Shown: positions 8,951-19,699 of the stretch, in pieces
Numbering within the stretch: the stretch's first letter is position 1
Layout of the letters: every line of letters starts with the position of its first letter
IMG/VR virus record: IMGVR_UViG_3300017700_000588
Span: 1 to 49,865 of that record
Source: a virus
Taxonomy: Duplodnaviria; Caudoviricetes
Direction: 5' to 3' (one strand)
Length of the DNA: 49,865 bases
Notes under the pieces: model-generated
Databases searched by the model: none
The model's input: only the letters and a program-made list of their open reading frames with translations
Told to the model about the DNA's origin: nothing
Translations under genes and position numbers: made by a program

Positions 8951-9679
8951 TTACACCTGTGTTCCAGCGATGGTGAAAGCGATGTCGGCTAGCGTCGCGT
9001 CCTGGGTGCCGGGCGCGGTAATCATCAGCACGTCGTTGGCCACAAGGCTCTGAGCACTGAAGCCCACGAACGTTGCGACGGTGCCGGCGGCAGCGAACCT
9101 GATTGTGCCGATGCCGGCGCCGTTGACTGTGACGGCGAAGTCGGTCTGCGCGGTCGCGGCTGTCTGAGCGGTGACGCGTGATCCCGTCAGGTTCGCCGGC
9201 AAGTCGATCGACCGAACGTAGTTGAAGCGAAGCAGCTTCTCAGACGTGTCGGGCAGTCCGGCGCAGAACGTGCCGATGTCGTAGGGCTTGACGACGCCCG
9301 CTCCTGACTCGCTGACCACAGACAGCCCGTTGGCGGTGCCATCGGTGTAGAGTAGAGCAACGGCGCCCGGTGACATGGTGTAGGTGGTTGACCCCTTCAC
9401 GATGTCGACTGACTGAGTGTTGGACGAGTCGGCTTGGTAGAGCGACAGTTTCTTGATCGTCGGCAGCGTGACGGTGCGACCGGCTGTCCCCGCGCCCGTG
9501 ACGTTGAAGCCGAGATTGCGACGATACTGGGAGTTGGTCAGACTGACGTTGCCCGCGGTCACGTCGACTACAAGAAGTTCGGTCAACGCCGCATCGAGTT
9601 CCCCCGACATGGTGTTGATCGAGACTTCCTTATTGGCTTGGTTCTCAGTGATCTGTTCGAGATCGAGATTAGTTGACAT
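8951..9679 (-). CDS. Minor tail protein (DUF2793-like N-terminus)
   Basis: MSTNLDLEQITENQANKEVSIN resembles the DUF2793 start; follows tail-tip protein. Confidence 0.65.
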   Translation of the reverse strand: MSTNLDLEQITENQANKEVSINTMSGELDAALTELLVVDVTAGNVSLTNSQYRRNLGFNVTGAGTAGRTVTLPTIKKLSLYQADSSNTQSVDIVKGSTTYTMSPGAVALLYTDGTANGLSVVSESGAGVVKPYDIGTFCAGLPDTSEKLLRFNYVRSIDLPANLTGSRVTAQTAATAQTDFAVTVNGAGIGTIRFAAAGTVATFVGFSAQSLVANDVLMITAPGTQDATLADIAFTIAGTQV

Positions 9680-12600
9680 CGTGTGTCCCCGCGTTTGCAA
9701 AGCCTCGCCCGACGAGGGCACTGATTTGGAAGATATCCAGCTGGATGCTGGTGATAGGCCCGGACCAGCCGTCGGTACTCTGATCGGCGGCGGTGTATGT
9801 ATACGCCGGACTGGTCAGATTTTCAACTGTGCGCACGACGTTGCCGGCGCGGTAGATATCCACAGAGTACAGTTCACTCTCCTCGTCCAACGGAACATCC
9901 GGGTTCCCGTTGTTGAGCGGGCCGTAGAGTCGGGTGCGACGCTGCCACTCAATTTCGACATCGCCGGCCACATCCTCGACGTAGACGTTGGCGACTGCCC
10001 ATGGCATGCGCGTCGTGCCTGAGATGGGAACAGCCTTGGCGTCTGCGGTATTCAGTCGACCCACGTTGTCGGCGACAGCATAGACAACTGCATCGCCGAG
10101 ACTGGCCACATCTTCGTAGTCCTCGAGGATCGTATCGTCCTCGATCAGCACGACCAGATCGCCGAGCGTGTGCAGTCCCGACATGACCTCGGTACCGCGC
10201 AAACCGCGGATCAATCCCGTGAGCGTGACGACTCGAGTATCGGCGTCGAAAGCCGCCTCGATGAACCCGATCTGTTCCCACCGACCTTCACGTCCGACGA
10301 GCAATCGGTTCGCCGTGCCGGCGAGCACGTCATACTTATCGGCGGTAGCGAAGTCCGTGCCGTCGCCCTGGAGCAGCCGGAGCTCGAGCACCGCGTCATA
10401 CTCAATCGACATGACCGGCCCAGCAGGCAGCAGCGTCATTGCTGACCCGTAAGTCAGCTCATCGTTGCTGTTGCCGATGGGACCGTAGGGTTGACCATCG
10501 GCGGACTTGTTGATCGTGGTGCCCCCGACCACAGGCAGGCGACCAGAGCCGATGGCGGCGATATACATCTCAAGGCCATCGATGCTGATCTGATCGGTCG
10601 GCTGAATAAGCGTGGTGTCGAAGACAATGGGCTCGCCTTCGCCGCTCAGTAGTGCCGGGTTCTCCTCAGGCAAGATCGGAGGCTCAAGATCATACGTCGG
10701 TCCGATGTCGGTGAGGATCGCCTCCGACTTGACCGACATCGACCAGTCGGCATTGTAGGCGATCTCGACGGCTCGCACCGTGTCGCTGTAGTCTTCGAAG
10801 TCAAGCTGGAACACGTCGCCGGGTTCGTAGGCAAGATACTTCTGCGGCAGGCGGAACTCGTGGGTCACTCCGTTCATTGCGCTGTCGAGCAACACGCGCG
10901 CCGCGAGCGCTGCGGCGTCGCTGCCCGGCATGATGATCGGCAAGTTGAGCTGCATCTCCGATGAGACATCCACGTTGTCGGCGTTGCGCTTGTGGATGAA
11001 CTCGTTGGCTGTGTAGTTGTAGTCGGGATCGATATACTTGAGCCGGATCGTTCCCGGCGTCTGACCAGGAGGTGCGATCTCACTCTCCACAGTCACGTAC
11101 TCGTCACCATCGTCGCTCGTGATCGCGCGATCCGCTTCGCCGATGGTAGCGTCTACTTCGAAGTCAGAACCATAGCCTCGCCGAGTGAACCGGATCACAG
11201 GGCCTCGCTTGATGACCTCGAAGTTGTAGGCCTTCTTCAGGTCGGTGATGACCGTGTCGAGATTGGTGACATCGCTGATGACCGCACCGATGATCTGATC
11301 GTCAATGCCGGTGATCTGGATGTTGCCCGTCTCGTAGCCCTGTCGCTCAGCGAGATTTCGCAAGAACGTCGAGAGCAGCATGTTGCTGGTTGTTTGCTCA
11401 AGAATGGGCCGCTGCTCGACGTAGCCGGGATTGCCGGTCGAACGAATGAAGCTGTGGGAATAGGCGTCATACACCATGTTGACTTCGGTCGGCCAGCCGC
11501 TGAGTGCCGGTGTAATCTCATAGGAACCAGACAGGAAATTCAACGTAACAAGACTACCGCCATTTCGCCAAGCAAGTCGCTGGCCCGCAGTGTTCGAAGC
11601 CATGATGCGATCATTATCATAGGTAGGCGGCATGATACCAGGAGCGTTCACCTCATTCAGGTTCCAAGCAATAGTGCCATCCGCAAAGATCTTGTAGATG
11701 TTGTAGCCGGGCCCCGACGCTGGTTCCTTCTCCGTCACGATGATCGAAGCGTCAAGCGGGCAGGTAAACATCATGGTGATTGGGAACTCGCCCGTGTGCA
11801 ACACAACGTTGTTCTTGAGCAAGTTGAGACCGCTACCATGGTAGGTGTTGATAGAGCCCGCCTGCTTGACGGTGATGCCCCACTGGCTGTCACTGGCCGC
11901 GATGTCGTAGCGGGTGATATAAGTCATCTCGCCGTTGGAGATCAGGAAGATGAAGATATAGTCCCCGAAGACGTCGTCCACAGTAACGTAGGCAGCCTCA
12001 CCACCAATCTCGTTCACAATGGTCAGGGTCGCGTTGTTCAGCCCCGGGTAGTTCGTGGCCGACGGGGTGAAGCCTGAGTTGTTGGTGCCGAGCTGTGTGA
12101 CGAGATCGCCGGTGTCGGCGTTGATGAGGTAGATTGCTCGACTGTTGCTGCCCGCGTTGATACCCACAAGGTAAGGAACGTTGGCCACTCGAACGAGTCC
12201 GAAAACCGAAGCATACATATTGGTAACTTCGCAAGGATAGACGTCGAGCAGCGAGCGATCAGACCCACGATACTTGTAGATGTTATCGTCGGACCCGATC
12301 ACATACAGAACGTTCTTCTTGGCATCATAGCCTTCGCCCTCGCCGTGGAACTGAACGCCCGCCACAGTTGACGAGCCGAAGCTGTCAAACTGATAAGCCG
12401 TCTGAACGTTGACAACCTGCTCGGCGAACTCGGCTTCAACCAACGGATTGCCCATGCCCGTCGCAGCGGCAATGCTGTACTCGTAGAAGACGATATACAT
12501 CAAACCTCGGTACGCCACTGGGTGCGTGTAGCGCTCCCGGTTGAGTTCCGCATCGGGAATTTGCACGTTGTCGCCCTGGTAGAACCTGAAGCGAATTTCG

Positions 12601-13079
12601 TTGCTCAGGTATCCCTGCCCGATGTCATACACGAGCTGGCCGTTGAACCAGAGCTTGCGCAGGATTTGGATCGCTGACGTGTTGCCCGGCTGACCGAAGC
12701 AGTAGGCGAACGTCGAGACGAACTTGGTCTTCGGCGTCCACGTCAGATTGTTCTGCACCACATTGATGCCGGGGTTACTGACGAGGATCGGCGAGTTGCT
12801 GTAGTCGGGAAACGTCGGCCGTTCCTCAACTGTGGTCTGCTGCGACTGAATACCAATCTGAAGTAACTGTCCAGTGATGCGACGCTTGCCCCAGGTGATC
12901 GGGATCGGCTTGCCCCACAGGGTCGCATCGCCAGTGTACTGGTAGGCGGATCGACCGGCGTCGTTCTGCGCACCATCGACATTGGCGTTGGCCCAGCGGG
13001 CTCGTTCGTTAGCTTGCCAGTCGGCAATCCACTGAATGCCCGAACCGAGTGACGCTACTTTAGCGCTCCAAGAAGCCAT
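9669..13079 (-). CDS. Large tail-tip/host-specificity protein (GTA baseplate 'megatron'-like)
   Basis: GKPIPITWG.RRI.G, AYRGLMYIVF, WEQIGF..A, RGLRGTE, WQRRTR motifs; 1136 aa after hub protein. Confidence 0.8.
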   Translation of the reverse strand: MASWSAKVASLGSGIQWIADWQANERARWANANVDGAQNDAGRSAYQYTGDATLWGKPIPITWGKRRITGQLLQIGIQSQQTTVEERPTFPDYSNSPILVSNPGINVVQNNLTWTPKTKFVSTFAYCFGQPGNTSAIQILRKLWFNGQLVYDIGQGYLSNEIRFRFYQGDNVQIPDAELNRERYTHPVAYRGLMYIVFYEYSIAAATGMGNPLVEAEFAEQVVNVQTAYQFDSFGSSTVAGVQFHGEGEGYDAKKNVLYVIGSDDNIYKYRGSDRSLLDVYPCEVTNMYASVFGLVRVANVPYLVGINAGSNSRAIYLINADTGDLVTQLGTNNSGFTPSATNYPGLNNATLTIVNEIGGEAAYVTVDDVFGDYIFIFLISNGEMTYITRYDIAASDSQWGITVKQAGSINTYHGSGLNLLKNNVVLHTGEFPITMMFTCPLDASIIVTEKEPASGPGYNIYKIFADGTIAWNLNEVNAPGIMPPTYDNDRIMASNTAGQRLAWRNGGSLVTLNFLSGSYEITPALSGWPTEVNMVYDAYSHSFIRSTGNPGYVEQRPILEQTTSNMLLSTFLRNLAERQGYETGNIQITGIDDQIIGAVISDVTNLDTVITDLKKAYNFEVIKRGPVIRFTRRGYGSDFEVDATIGEADRAITSDDGDEYVTVESEIAPPGQTPGTIRLKYIDPDYNYTANEFIHKRNADNVDVSSEMQLNLPIIMPGSDAAALAARVLLDSAMNGVTHEFRLPQKYLAYEPGDVFQLDFEDYSDTVRAVEIAYNADWSMSVKSEAILTDIGPTYDLEPPILPEENPALLSGEGEPIVFDTTLIQPTDQISIDGLEMYIAAIGSGRLPVVGGTTINKSADGQPYGPIGNSNDELTYGSAMTLLPAGPVMSIEYDAVLELRLLQGDGTDFATADKYDVLAGTANRLLVGREGRWEQIGFIEAAFDADTRVVTLTGLIRGLRGTEVMSGLHTLGDLVVLIEDDTILEDYEDVASLGDAVVYAVADNVGRLNTADAKAVPISGTTRMPWAVANVYVEDVAGDVEIEWQRRTRLYGPLNNGNPDVPLDEESELYSVDIYRAGNVVRTVENLTSPAYTYTAADQSTDGWSGPITSIQLDIFQISALVGRGFANAGTHDVN

Positions 13080-13091
13080 GATAATTCCCCA

Positions 13092-14003
13092 TTAACCATA
13101 TTCGGCGAAGCGGTACATATCGTCTCGAGGCAGTCCGGTGACGGCGGACAGACCGGAGAAGACCATGATGTTGGGAGGCGGCACGTAGGGTTCGCCTCGG
13201 AAGTTGAAGAGGTTGGCGAACTTGTCTCCACAGGTGCTGACCTGGAAATCGCAGCCTGGATACACGATGCCCGTATCGCCAATAACGAGCGGATTGCGAG
13301 GGTAGAGCGAGAGTCGAACCGATCCTGTGCCCGTAACATTCGCCTTGATCTCATCGGTTAGAGTGTCGTTGTTTCCTCCATCCCACACAACCTTACCGAA
13401 CTTGAGATAGTCTGATGCGAGCGCGGTGAGCTCGCTGGCGAGGAACGAGTAACCTCCGTCGGCGATGCTGTCGATGGTGAACGACACACCCAGCGCGGCT
13501 AGGTTGACGCCGCAGCGTGCATCGCCGAGCTGCGCGCGGCACTGACGCGAGTAGCGTTCGCCGATGAGCTGGTTCGTCCCCCCGTTGTCGCTGTTGACCC
13601 CGATGGCAACCTTGTTCTTGTTATTGAACTTGATCGTAGAGACCGTGCCGCCGAAGAGCTCGATCAATCCGTAGAAATCGGGATTGCGCCAATCGACTGC
13701 CCAGATGTTGAATGTCGCATTGGCCAAGCCACCTTGACGAATGCGGGCCATCGGCAGGAAGTTCGCCGCCGCGACGACTTCAACCTGCGCATTGTCCGGC
13801 TGACCTCCGGAGGAGATCACAATAGAAGAAACCCGGATGCCCGGGTCATAAAGATAGGTATCGCCCCCGTAGACAATGTCTCGAGTGAGATCGGTGAACC
13901 GAAACACCTCCCCATTATCGCAGGTCAATTCCCAGATGCGGCACAGGAACGTCGTGCTCTGCGCGAGCGCAACGTCCATGTCATTGTCGAGGTTCTGAAC
14001 CAT
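13092..14003 (-). CDS. Baseplate hub protein (DUF2163/BR0599 family)
   Basis: CRIW...FTD..RD, CRAQLGDARCGV, PGCD..C..KF.N..NFRGEPYVP. Confidence 0.85.
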   Translation of the reverse strand: MVQNLDNDMDVALAQSTTFLCRIWELTCDNGEVFRFTDLTRDIVYGGDTYLYDPGIRVSSIVISSGGQPDNAQVEVVAAANFLPMARIRQGGLANATFNIWAVDWRNPDFYGLIELFGGTVSTIKFNNKNKVAIGVNSDNGGTNQLIGERYSRQCRAQLGDARCGVNLAALGVSFTIDSIADGGYSFLASELTALASDYLKFGKVVWDGGNNDTLTDEIKANVTGTGSVRLSLYPRNPLVIGDTGIVYPGCDFQVSTCGDKFANLFNFRGEPYVPPPNIMVFSGLSAVTGLPRDDMYRFAEYG

Positions 14004-14599
14004 TATGTCCTCGTGGGCAGTTCGACAATCTCGATGCTGCCGATGGAGGCCGCATTGAAGATATGCATTTCGATGGGGAACTCGTCGGTGTTGAAGCGGA
14101 CGGGAACGTCGAACTCAAAGTCCGCTGCGATGACAACTGTGTTGGCGGGCGCCGGCGTGAAAGTGACAACGCCCGTCGAGTAATTCACAGATGCCGCCGT
14201 GGGTGTGCCATTGAGATACATTTGGACTGTGCCATTGATCGGCGCAAGGATCGTGCGCTCATATGTGACAGAGGACACGTATCTCTTGACCAGCTGGAAT
14301 GCGACCGTGACACCATCGCCGGTCGCAATCTGCTGGTTCTCAACGAAATAGTCAGACCAATCTTTAAACAGAAAGCCACGAGCGCGGCCGAGACGAGCCA
14401 TAAAGAAATCCCGTACTGCATGATAGTCTTCCTCTCCCTGGATGCCATAGGAAATGTCGAACTTCATTCGCTGCTGCGCCCAATCGGCGTTTCGCTGCTC
14501 AGCTCCTTTGCCAAGAGTGGTGATGGTCGTCTGAAAGCGCGGGATCGACTGCGACCCGCGCTCAATGTCAGTGGGTAGGCGGACGTTGTCGAAAGCCAT
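14003..14599 (-). CDS. Distal tail protein (DUF2460 family)
   Basis: EQRNADW, FFMARLGRARGFLFKDWSD, GDG....FQLVKRY, FEFDVPVRF. Confidence 0.9.
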   Translation of the reverse strand: MAFDNVRLPTDIERGSQSIPRFQTTITTLGKGAEQRNADWAQQRMKFDISYGIQGEEDYHAVRDFFMARLGRARGFLFKDWSDYFVENQQIATGDGVTVAFQLVKRYVSSVTYERTILAPINGTVQMYLNGTPTAASVNYSTGVVTFTPAPANTVVIAADFEFDVPVRFNTDEFPIEMHIFNAASIGSIEIVELPTRT

Positions 14600-14602
14600 C
14601 GG

Positions 14603-16963
14603 TTAGTTCCTCGTTGCGGCGGACGCCCTGCGCAAGAACTCGCGCATGACCTGAGTTTCGGACTGGCGGAAGCTGTTCGCGTCGGGCGTGCTCACCTGGA
14701 AGATGAACGTGTCACCGCCACGCTGGCCCCCAGTGTTCTCTTCGTCGCGGACCTGCTTGCGCGTGCGCACGTTCACTTCCTCGCCGGGCGTTGCGCGGAT
14801 CGGGATCACCTTGCTGTCAACGCCGGTGCCGCCCGGCACGACGAACTGACCACCTGTGCGGAAGTTGATCGTCGCGCTGTTGCCCGCACCGAATACCTGA
14901 CGCCGAGCACGGACAGTAACCTCATCAAGAATGTCTCCCGGGATTTGCGAGCGAACCCAGTTAACTCGAGACTGGTTACCGGCACGCAGCCCGGTCACCT
15001 CGTCGGTCAACGCTTTGGCGAGCTGGCCCACCCAGTACCCGACGCTCGAGCCACCTCCACTTGAGCCGCCCCCGCTAGAAGGCGGTGCATAGGCCGGGAT
15101 CGACGAGGGGGCTGTAACCTCGGTACCTGTCTGGACACCGCCGATCCCAAAGTTGTTGATCGCTGACGTTCCCGATGCGGTGCTCCCGTTGGCGTTCGCC
15201 GTCTCCACAGTACTGTTGAGCGAGGTGGTTGCGTTCGCCGTTTGCGTGCCGAGCTCGATCAGTTTGTCAAGCTTGACATTCGTCTCGTTGCCGATTGCGC
15301 GCAGCGACTCGAAGTGCACACCTAGAGCAGCCTGCAGACTGTCCTCGAGCATGCGCTGGGAGCGTGTCGCGTCATAGTTGCTGTTCGCTGCCTGAAGTTG
15401 CTGCGCTGACCCAGTGCTGCTTCCTCCGTTCGGGATAATCATCCCGCTGCTGTTCGGCGAGAAGAGTTCGGGGCCGTTCTCACCGACGAGGTATGTCTTG
15501 CCGCCAGTCACAGGGCCACCGGATGCGCGGGCGCCAGCAACTTCCTTACCGCTTCCGCCCCCACCGAGGCTGGCGATTGCGTTCGCAGCCGACTTCGCCG
15601 CGGAGATCACTCGGTCGATGAAGCTCATGGCCGACTTGACGAAGTCCTCGAGCATCTTCTTCAAGTTGGTGAAGATACCGACAATGAAATCCTTGATGGC
15701 GGTGAACCCATCAACGAAGAATTTGCGGATCGCTTCGACGCCGGAGAAGAAGTAGCCCGGGACCGTCACGGTGATGAGGTTCATGAGCCACGACGCCCAC
15801 GAGGTGAAGAACCCGACCACAGCTTCGATGGCGGAACCGAACCCGGCGGAGAACGCAGTCGCAACCTCATTGGTCGCCTTGCCGAATTCCATCATCCACT
15901 TGATCGCGCTCGTGACACCATCAGCGATCCACTTGAAGACTTCGAGTGCAGTCTTGCCCGCGGCCGTCATGACATCGACAACGGTCTTCCACTCGGTGGT
16001 GAACGCGATGAGTAGCGCGATACCGCCGCCGATGATCGTGACGAGACGAACGATGGGGTTCGCCGAGATCGCGGCGTTCGCCAGCCACTGCGCTGCGGCG
16101 ACGGCCATGACAGCGATGCGGTAGCCCACCCAGGCGGCAGTCGCTGCGATGATCGCGAAAGCCACCTTGTCGATATTCATCGCGAGGAACACGATGCCCT
16201 CGGACAAGATCTTCGACGCGCCGGACGCGGAGCCGGACTGGCCGATGAAGCGAGTGAAGGCGTTGTCGAGGATGGTGAACGCCTGGCTGATGGTAACGCC
16301 GGTCTTGGCGAAATCCTTGTCAACCTGCTTCTGCATGCTGAGCAGCGCATCGACCACAACCTTGCTGGTCAGCTTACCCTGTGCGCCCAGTTCACGCAGT
16401 GCACCCACAGGAACTCGAAGGCCGTCGGCGAGTGTCTTGGCGAGATACGGCGTGTTCTCCAAGACCGACCGAAGTTCTTCGCCCTGCACCTTGCCGGACA
16501 CGAGGCCCTGAATGAACTGACGCAAACCGTTGGCACCCGCTTGACCGGCGCGACCCGAAACGGTGATCGCCTTCGAGACGGTATCGACCACGCGCCACAG
16601 CTGTTCTCCGGAGACACCGACTTCCTTCTGCGACATCGCGAGCTTGGTGTAAAGCTCCGTGAGTTCACTGACGCCGACGCGGTTCTGGTTCGCCATTTGG
16701 AACAGGCGTTCCTGCGTCTTGTTGAAGTCTTCGGTGTTCTTGGTTACGAGCTTCAGCTGGTTGCCCATCGCCTGAAACTTGTCGGTGTAGTCGACCAGTG
16801 TCTTGACCGAGAATGCCCCGAGCAAGCTATACATGACTCGGTTGAGTGAAGCGACCGCGCCGGTCGTTGCTTCGGCTGCTTTACCGATGCCGCCAATCGA
16901 GTTGGCGGTTTCCTTGGCACCGCGTTCAGTTACGCGGATGACGACGTCTTCGAAGGTGGCCAT
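14603..16963 (-). CDS. Tape measure protein
   Basis: Q.L.SGKVQGEELRSV.E tape-measure N domain, Ala/aromatic helical repeats, ARA.GGPV..G.TYLVGENGPELF. Confidence 0.9.
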   Translation of the reverse strand: MATFEDVVIRVTERGAKETANSIGGIGKAAEATTGAVASLNRVMYSLLGAFSVKTLVDYTDKFQAMGNQLKLVTKNTEDFNKTQERLFQMANQNRVGVSELTELYTKLAMSQKEVGVSGEQLWRVVDTVSKAITVSGRAGQAGANGLRQFIQGLVSGKVQGEELRSVLENTPYLAKTLADGLRVPVGALRELGAQGKLTSKVVVDALLSMQKQVDKDFAKTGVTISQAFTILDNAFTRFIGQSGSASGASKILSEGIVFLAMNIDKVAFAIIAATAAWVGYRIAVMAVAAAQWLANAAISANPIVRLVTIIGGGIALLIAFTTEWKTVVDVMTAAGKTALEVFKWIADGVTSAIKWMMEFGKATNEVATAFSAGFGSAIEAVVGFFTSWASWLMNLITVTVPGYFFSGVEAIRKFFVDGFTAIKDFIVGIFTNLKKMLEDFVKSAMSFIDRVISAAKSAANAIASLGGGGSGKEVAGARASGGPVTGGKTYLVGENGPELFSPNSSGMIIPNGGSSTGSAQQLQAANSNYDATRSQRMLEDSLQAALGVHFESLRAIGNETNVKLDKLIELGTQTANATTSLNSTVETANANGSTASGTSAINNFGIGGVQTGTEVTAPSSIPAYAPPSSGGGSSGGGSSVGYWVGQLAKALTDEVTGLRAGNQSRVNWVRSQIPGDILDEVTVRARRQVFGAGNSATINFRTGGQFVVPGGTGVDSKVIPIRATPGEEVNVRTRKQVRDEENTGGQRGGDTFIFQVSTPDANSFRQSETQVMREFLRRASAATRN

Positions 16964-17388
16964 CAGTCAATCAGCCTTTTCGTCCTGGACGCTGCGCCGG
17001 ATGCAAGACGAGCGCGATCAATAAATCCAGCCGGTGCCTGCTTCGATCTACCGGCGTTGAGGAGGTCAATATACGATACGGTGTTAACAATGTATACCGT
17101 TTGGCCGGTCTGGCGCCTGTCGAGGCGCGGCAGCTCTAAGGAGAGCACAGCTGAGATGGCCATGCCGCGGGTTGAACCCTTCGATCCCGGTGCGAGATTG
17201 CGCTCGCCCCGCGGCTGATAGTTCAAGCCTGTCTTCCAACTGGAAATCGCCTGCCCAGTGTCGGCAGGCGTTCCAGTCACGACTTCGGTGAGGTATGCTC
17301 GAGAGGCGCGGATCACCTTCTCGTTAGCGTTGTCTACGATGCCTCTTTGAATTTTTAGAATGCGTTGGCTGAGGAGGCTGATGTCCAT
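16963..17388 (-). CDS. Tail completion protein (HK97 gp10-like)
   Basis: TPADTG.A..SW, IVN.V.YI..LN.G.S.QAPAGF. Confidence 0.75.
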   Translation of the reverse strand: MDISLLSQRILKIQRGIVDNANEKVIRASRAYLTEVVTGTPADTGQAISSWKTGLNYQPRGERNLAPGSKGSTRGMAISAVLSLELPRLDRRQTGQTVYIVNTVSYIDLLNAGRSKQAPAGFIDRARLASGAASRTKRLID

Positions 17389-17746
17389 CGGGTTGTTCTC
17401 CTTTGCCCAACGTTCTCTTTCGTTTCTTCATCCAATCCCTGTGGAATTCATCGAGGCCAGACACAAGGTGTTGGACGTCTTCTTCGTCGTCTTCATCGAG
17501 ATCATGTGCGGCACACCAGGTATGGATCAGAAACCAGGAGATAGGCACAGGGCCTGCTTGGTTGTATTCGCGGCCCGAGGAAATCTCGTTGTAGGCAATA
17601 AAGTAGAATTGAAGGCCCTGCTCAAGATCGGGAGCATTTTGAATGGACTTCGGAACGGGCATCTTCTGCGAGTAACATTGCTGAAGGATTGCCCGTTCCG
17701 TTGGCCCCTGCTCGAGAGTGTAGCGCAGGACCTCGATCAGTTTCCC
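17324..17746 (-). CDS. Tail assembly chaperone, -1 frameshifted extension (gpT-like)
   Basis: -1 frame from GGGAAAC reads KLIEVLRYTLEQGPTERAILQQCYSQKMPVPKSIQ... continuous with ORF 17324..17662. Confidence 0.8.
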   Translation of the reverse strand, partial: GKLIEVLRYTLEQGPTERAILQQCYSQKMPVPKSIQNAPDLEQGLQFYFIAYNEISSGREYNQAGPVPISWFLIHTWCAAHDLDEDDEEDVQHLVSGLDEFHRDWMKKRKRTLGKGEQPDGHQPPQPTHSKNSKRHRRQR

Positions 17747-18138
17747 TTTTCTTTGTCCAACTCTTCACGACGGAAGTTGGCGCGGTTCTCGGCCTCCGCC
17801 TTGATGGTGGAGAAGAACTCAGGCAGGTCGGCGAAGACCTTGAGGGCATTCTCGACGCTGAACGGGATTTCCTTCCCATCCTCGCCGGTGATGTGCCATT
17901 CCATGACGACGGCCTTCGCGAAGACCTCATGCATGATCTCGTTGGCCTTCTTGTCGTCCATCGTGCCGAGCGACATGGCACGACGATGCGGCTTGATCAG
18001 ATGCTCCAGAAGCTTCTGGAACTTCTTGTTGCCGTTGCCCGCACGCGAGACGCGGACCCATTCCCCGTCGCCGAAGTCGAGAACCACACCGCGGTTCTCG
18101 AGTTCCTCGTCAACGGTAAACGCCTTGTAGATACCCAT
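17737..18138 (-). CDS. Tail assembly chaperone (gpG-like)
   Basis: Between tail tube and tape measure; ends ...AAG GGA AAC TGA on slippery site. Confidence 0.85.
   Translation of the reverse strand: MGIYKAFTVDEELENRGVVLDFGDGEWVRVSRAGNGNKKFQKLLEHLIKPHRRAMSLGTMDDKKANEIMHEVFAKAVVMEWHITGEDGKEIPFSVENALKVFADLPEFFSTIKAEAENRANFRREELDKEKGN
17740..17746 (-). other. Programmed -1 ribosomal frameshift slippery heptamer GGGAAAC
   Basis: X XXY YYZ in correct phase just before chaperone stop; -1 frame open. Confidence 0.8.
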
Positions 18139-18171
18139 GGTAGTTCTCCCTCCTGAGGAGTGTTGCGCCGA

Positions 18172-19695
18172 TCAGTCGTCGGCAAGGTCCGGCAGATAGT
18201 CGAAGAAGACCATCAGCAGGGTGTGGTCCATGTTGGCGTCATACTTCGCGCCGGTGCCGGCTTCGGCAGTCAGCGGAAGCGTGATCGCCTGATCCTGCTC
18301 CACAGCAGCTCGTGCATCGCCGAGACCGATCATCGGAATGTCGATGGAGATGCCCGCATTGCCCTGGACCATGTGGAAATCGAGCGTCACGTCGGAGTTG
18401 TTCCGCACAGCCTGCACCGCAGCGATGTCCGAGAAGTAGGCCGTCATGGACGCGTCGATCTGGAACGTTCCCTCGGTGACATCGAACGAGCCGAGCACGC
18501 CGATGGCCTTGTTGGGTTCCAGATTGTTATTGATGGTTAGCGACAGCTCGGTGATGTAGCCGAACAGCGGCGTTGGCGCCTCATCGGTCGAGGACACGAC
18601 AGCGAGCTTCGTGCGCTTGATGTCCGACGAGGTGTTAAACATATCCGACTCGACGATGGCCGGACGCGTGCCCGACTTCACGCCGGTGACACCCGAACGC
18701 TGCTCATGATCGGTGCCCATGAAGGACAGCGAGCAAGTCGCCTTGTCTGCGGTGTTGAGCGTGAACTCGAATTCCGACGGCACGGCACCGACGATGTATT
18801 CCGACTGGATTTGCGTCGGCTGCGCCGTGTCGCTGGCGCCGAGCGTGCGCTCGAGCTGATACGTGCGCCGAACGATGTCAGTGCCCGTCTCGTTCTTCAG
18901 CACCCGCCCAACGAAGATGCGGATGGTCTTGCCGGTGCCGGCGTCGGTGACCATCGTGTTCGATGCCTTGTCGAACTCGATGTAGCCAGCGGCGACGGAC
19001 TTGACGCGAGCCCAGCCGTTGTTCGCTGCGGTAGCGAACTGCGTGCCGGCAGCGTCACCTCCGATCCACAGGAACTCGCCCGGGATCACGCCGATCTCGG
19101 TCAGGTTCTTGGTCGTCGCCGTCAGTCGCGGCAGCGTACCGGACGCGTCGATTGTCGCGTCGGCAGCGCCGAACTGATAGCCCACGCGGCTGATGATGCC
19201 GGTCTGGCTGGTCGCGGCGCTCAGTCCTGCGACGGTGACCGAGCCGGATGCCGCTGCGGTGACCGACTTGAGACCGTTGTTCGCCGTAGCCGCAAAGCTC
19301 TTGGCGAACAGCAGATCGCCGACCTTGAAGTCGGTGCCTGCGGTCACCTGATACGCGAGCGGCGAGCCGGAGATGACAGCGACGTTCTTCTCAGCCTTCG
19401 TGCGAAGGTTGGCGAAGAAGAAGCCCTGCAGGATCGACTGCATGTTGGTCTGAGTCAGATCGGACTCGAAACCGCCCGAGCTGTCGAGGTCGGTGATGTT
19501 GCCCTTCTTGCGCTGACGCGAAGGATTGATCGGGTTGCGCGCGACCCGAGTGAGTTCGCCGCCGAAGTCATCGTAGGAGTTCGGCTCGAGCGGATACCAC
19601 ACAGGAGCGGGCGAGGTCGGCAGAACACCGATGCTTGCCTCTTCGGCGAACCGAAGGCCTGTGATATTCGAAGAAATCTTCAGTGCGGTTGCCAT
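18172..19695 (-). CDS. Major tail tube protein
   Basis: [36 protein letters not shown]; position; ATG 19695 after AGAAGG. Confidence 0.8.
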   Translation of the reverse strand: MATALKISSNITGLRFAEEASIGVLPTSPAPVWYPLEPNSYDDFGGELTRVARNPINPSRQRKKGNITDLDSSGGFESDLTQTNMQSILQGFFFANLRTKAEKNVAVISGSPLAYQVTAGTDFKVGDLLFAKSFAATANNGLKSVTAAASGSVTVAGLSAATSQTGIISRVGYQFGAADATIDASGTLPRLTATTKNLTEIGVIPGEFLWIGGDAAGTQFATAANNGWARVKSVAAGYIEFDKASNTMVTDAGTGKTIRIFVGRVLKNETGTDIVRRTYQLERTLGASDTAQPTQIQSEYIVGAVPSEFEFTLNTADKATCSLSFMGTDHEQRSGVTGVKSGTRPAIVESDMFNTSSDIKRTKLAVVSSTDEAPTPLFGYITELSLTINNNLEPNKAIGVLGSFDVTEGTFQIDASMTAYFSDIAAVQAVRNNSDVTLDFHMVQGNAGISIDIPMIGLGDARAAVEQDQAITLPLTAEAGTGAKYDANMDHTLLMVFFDYLPDLADD

Positions 19696-19699
19696 GGGT

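Noticed and set aside
9669-14599. Chromosomal gene transfer agent
   Set aside because: GTA-like tail tip only; full replication, packaging and accessory gene set shows a bona fide phage
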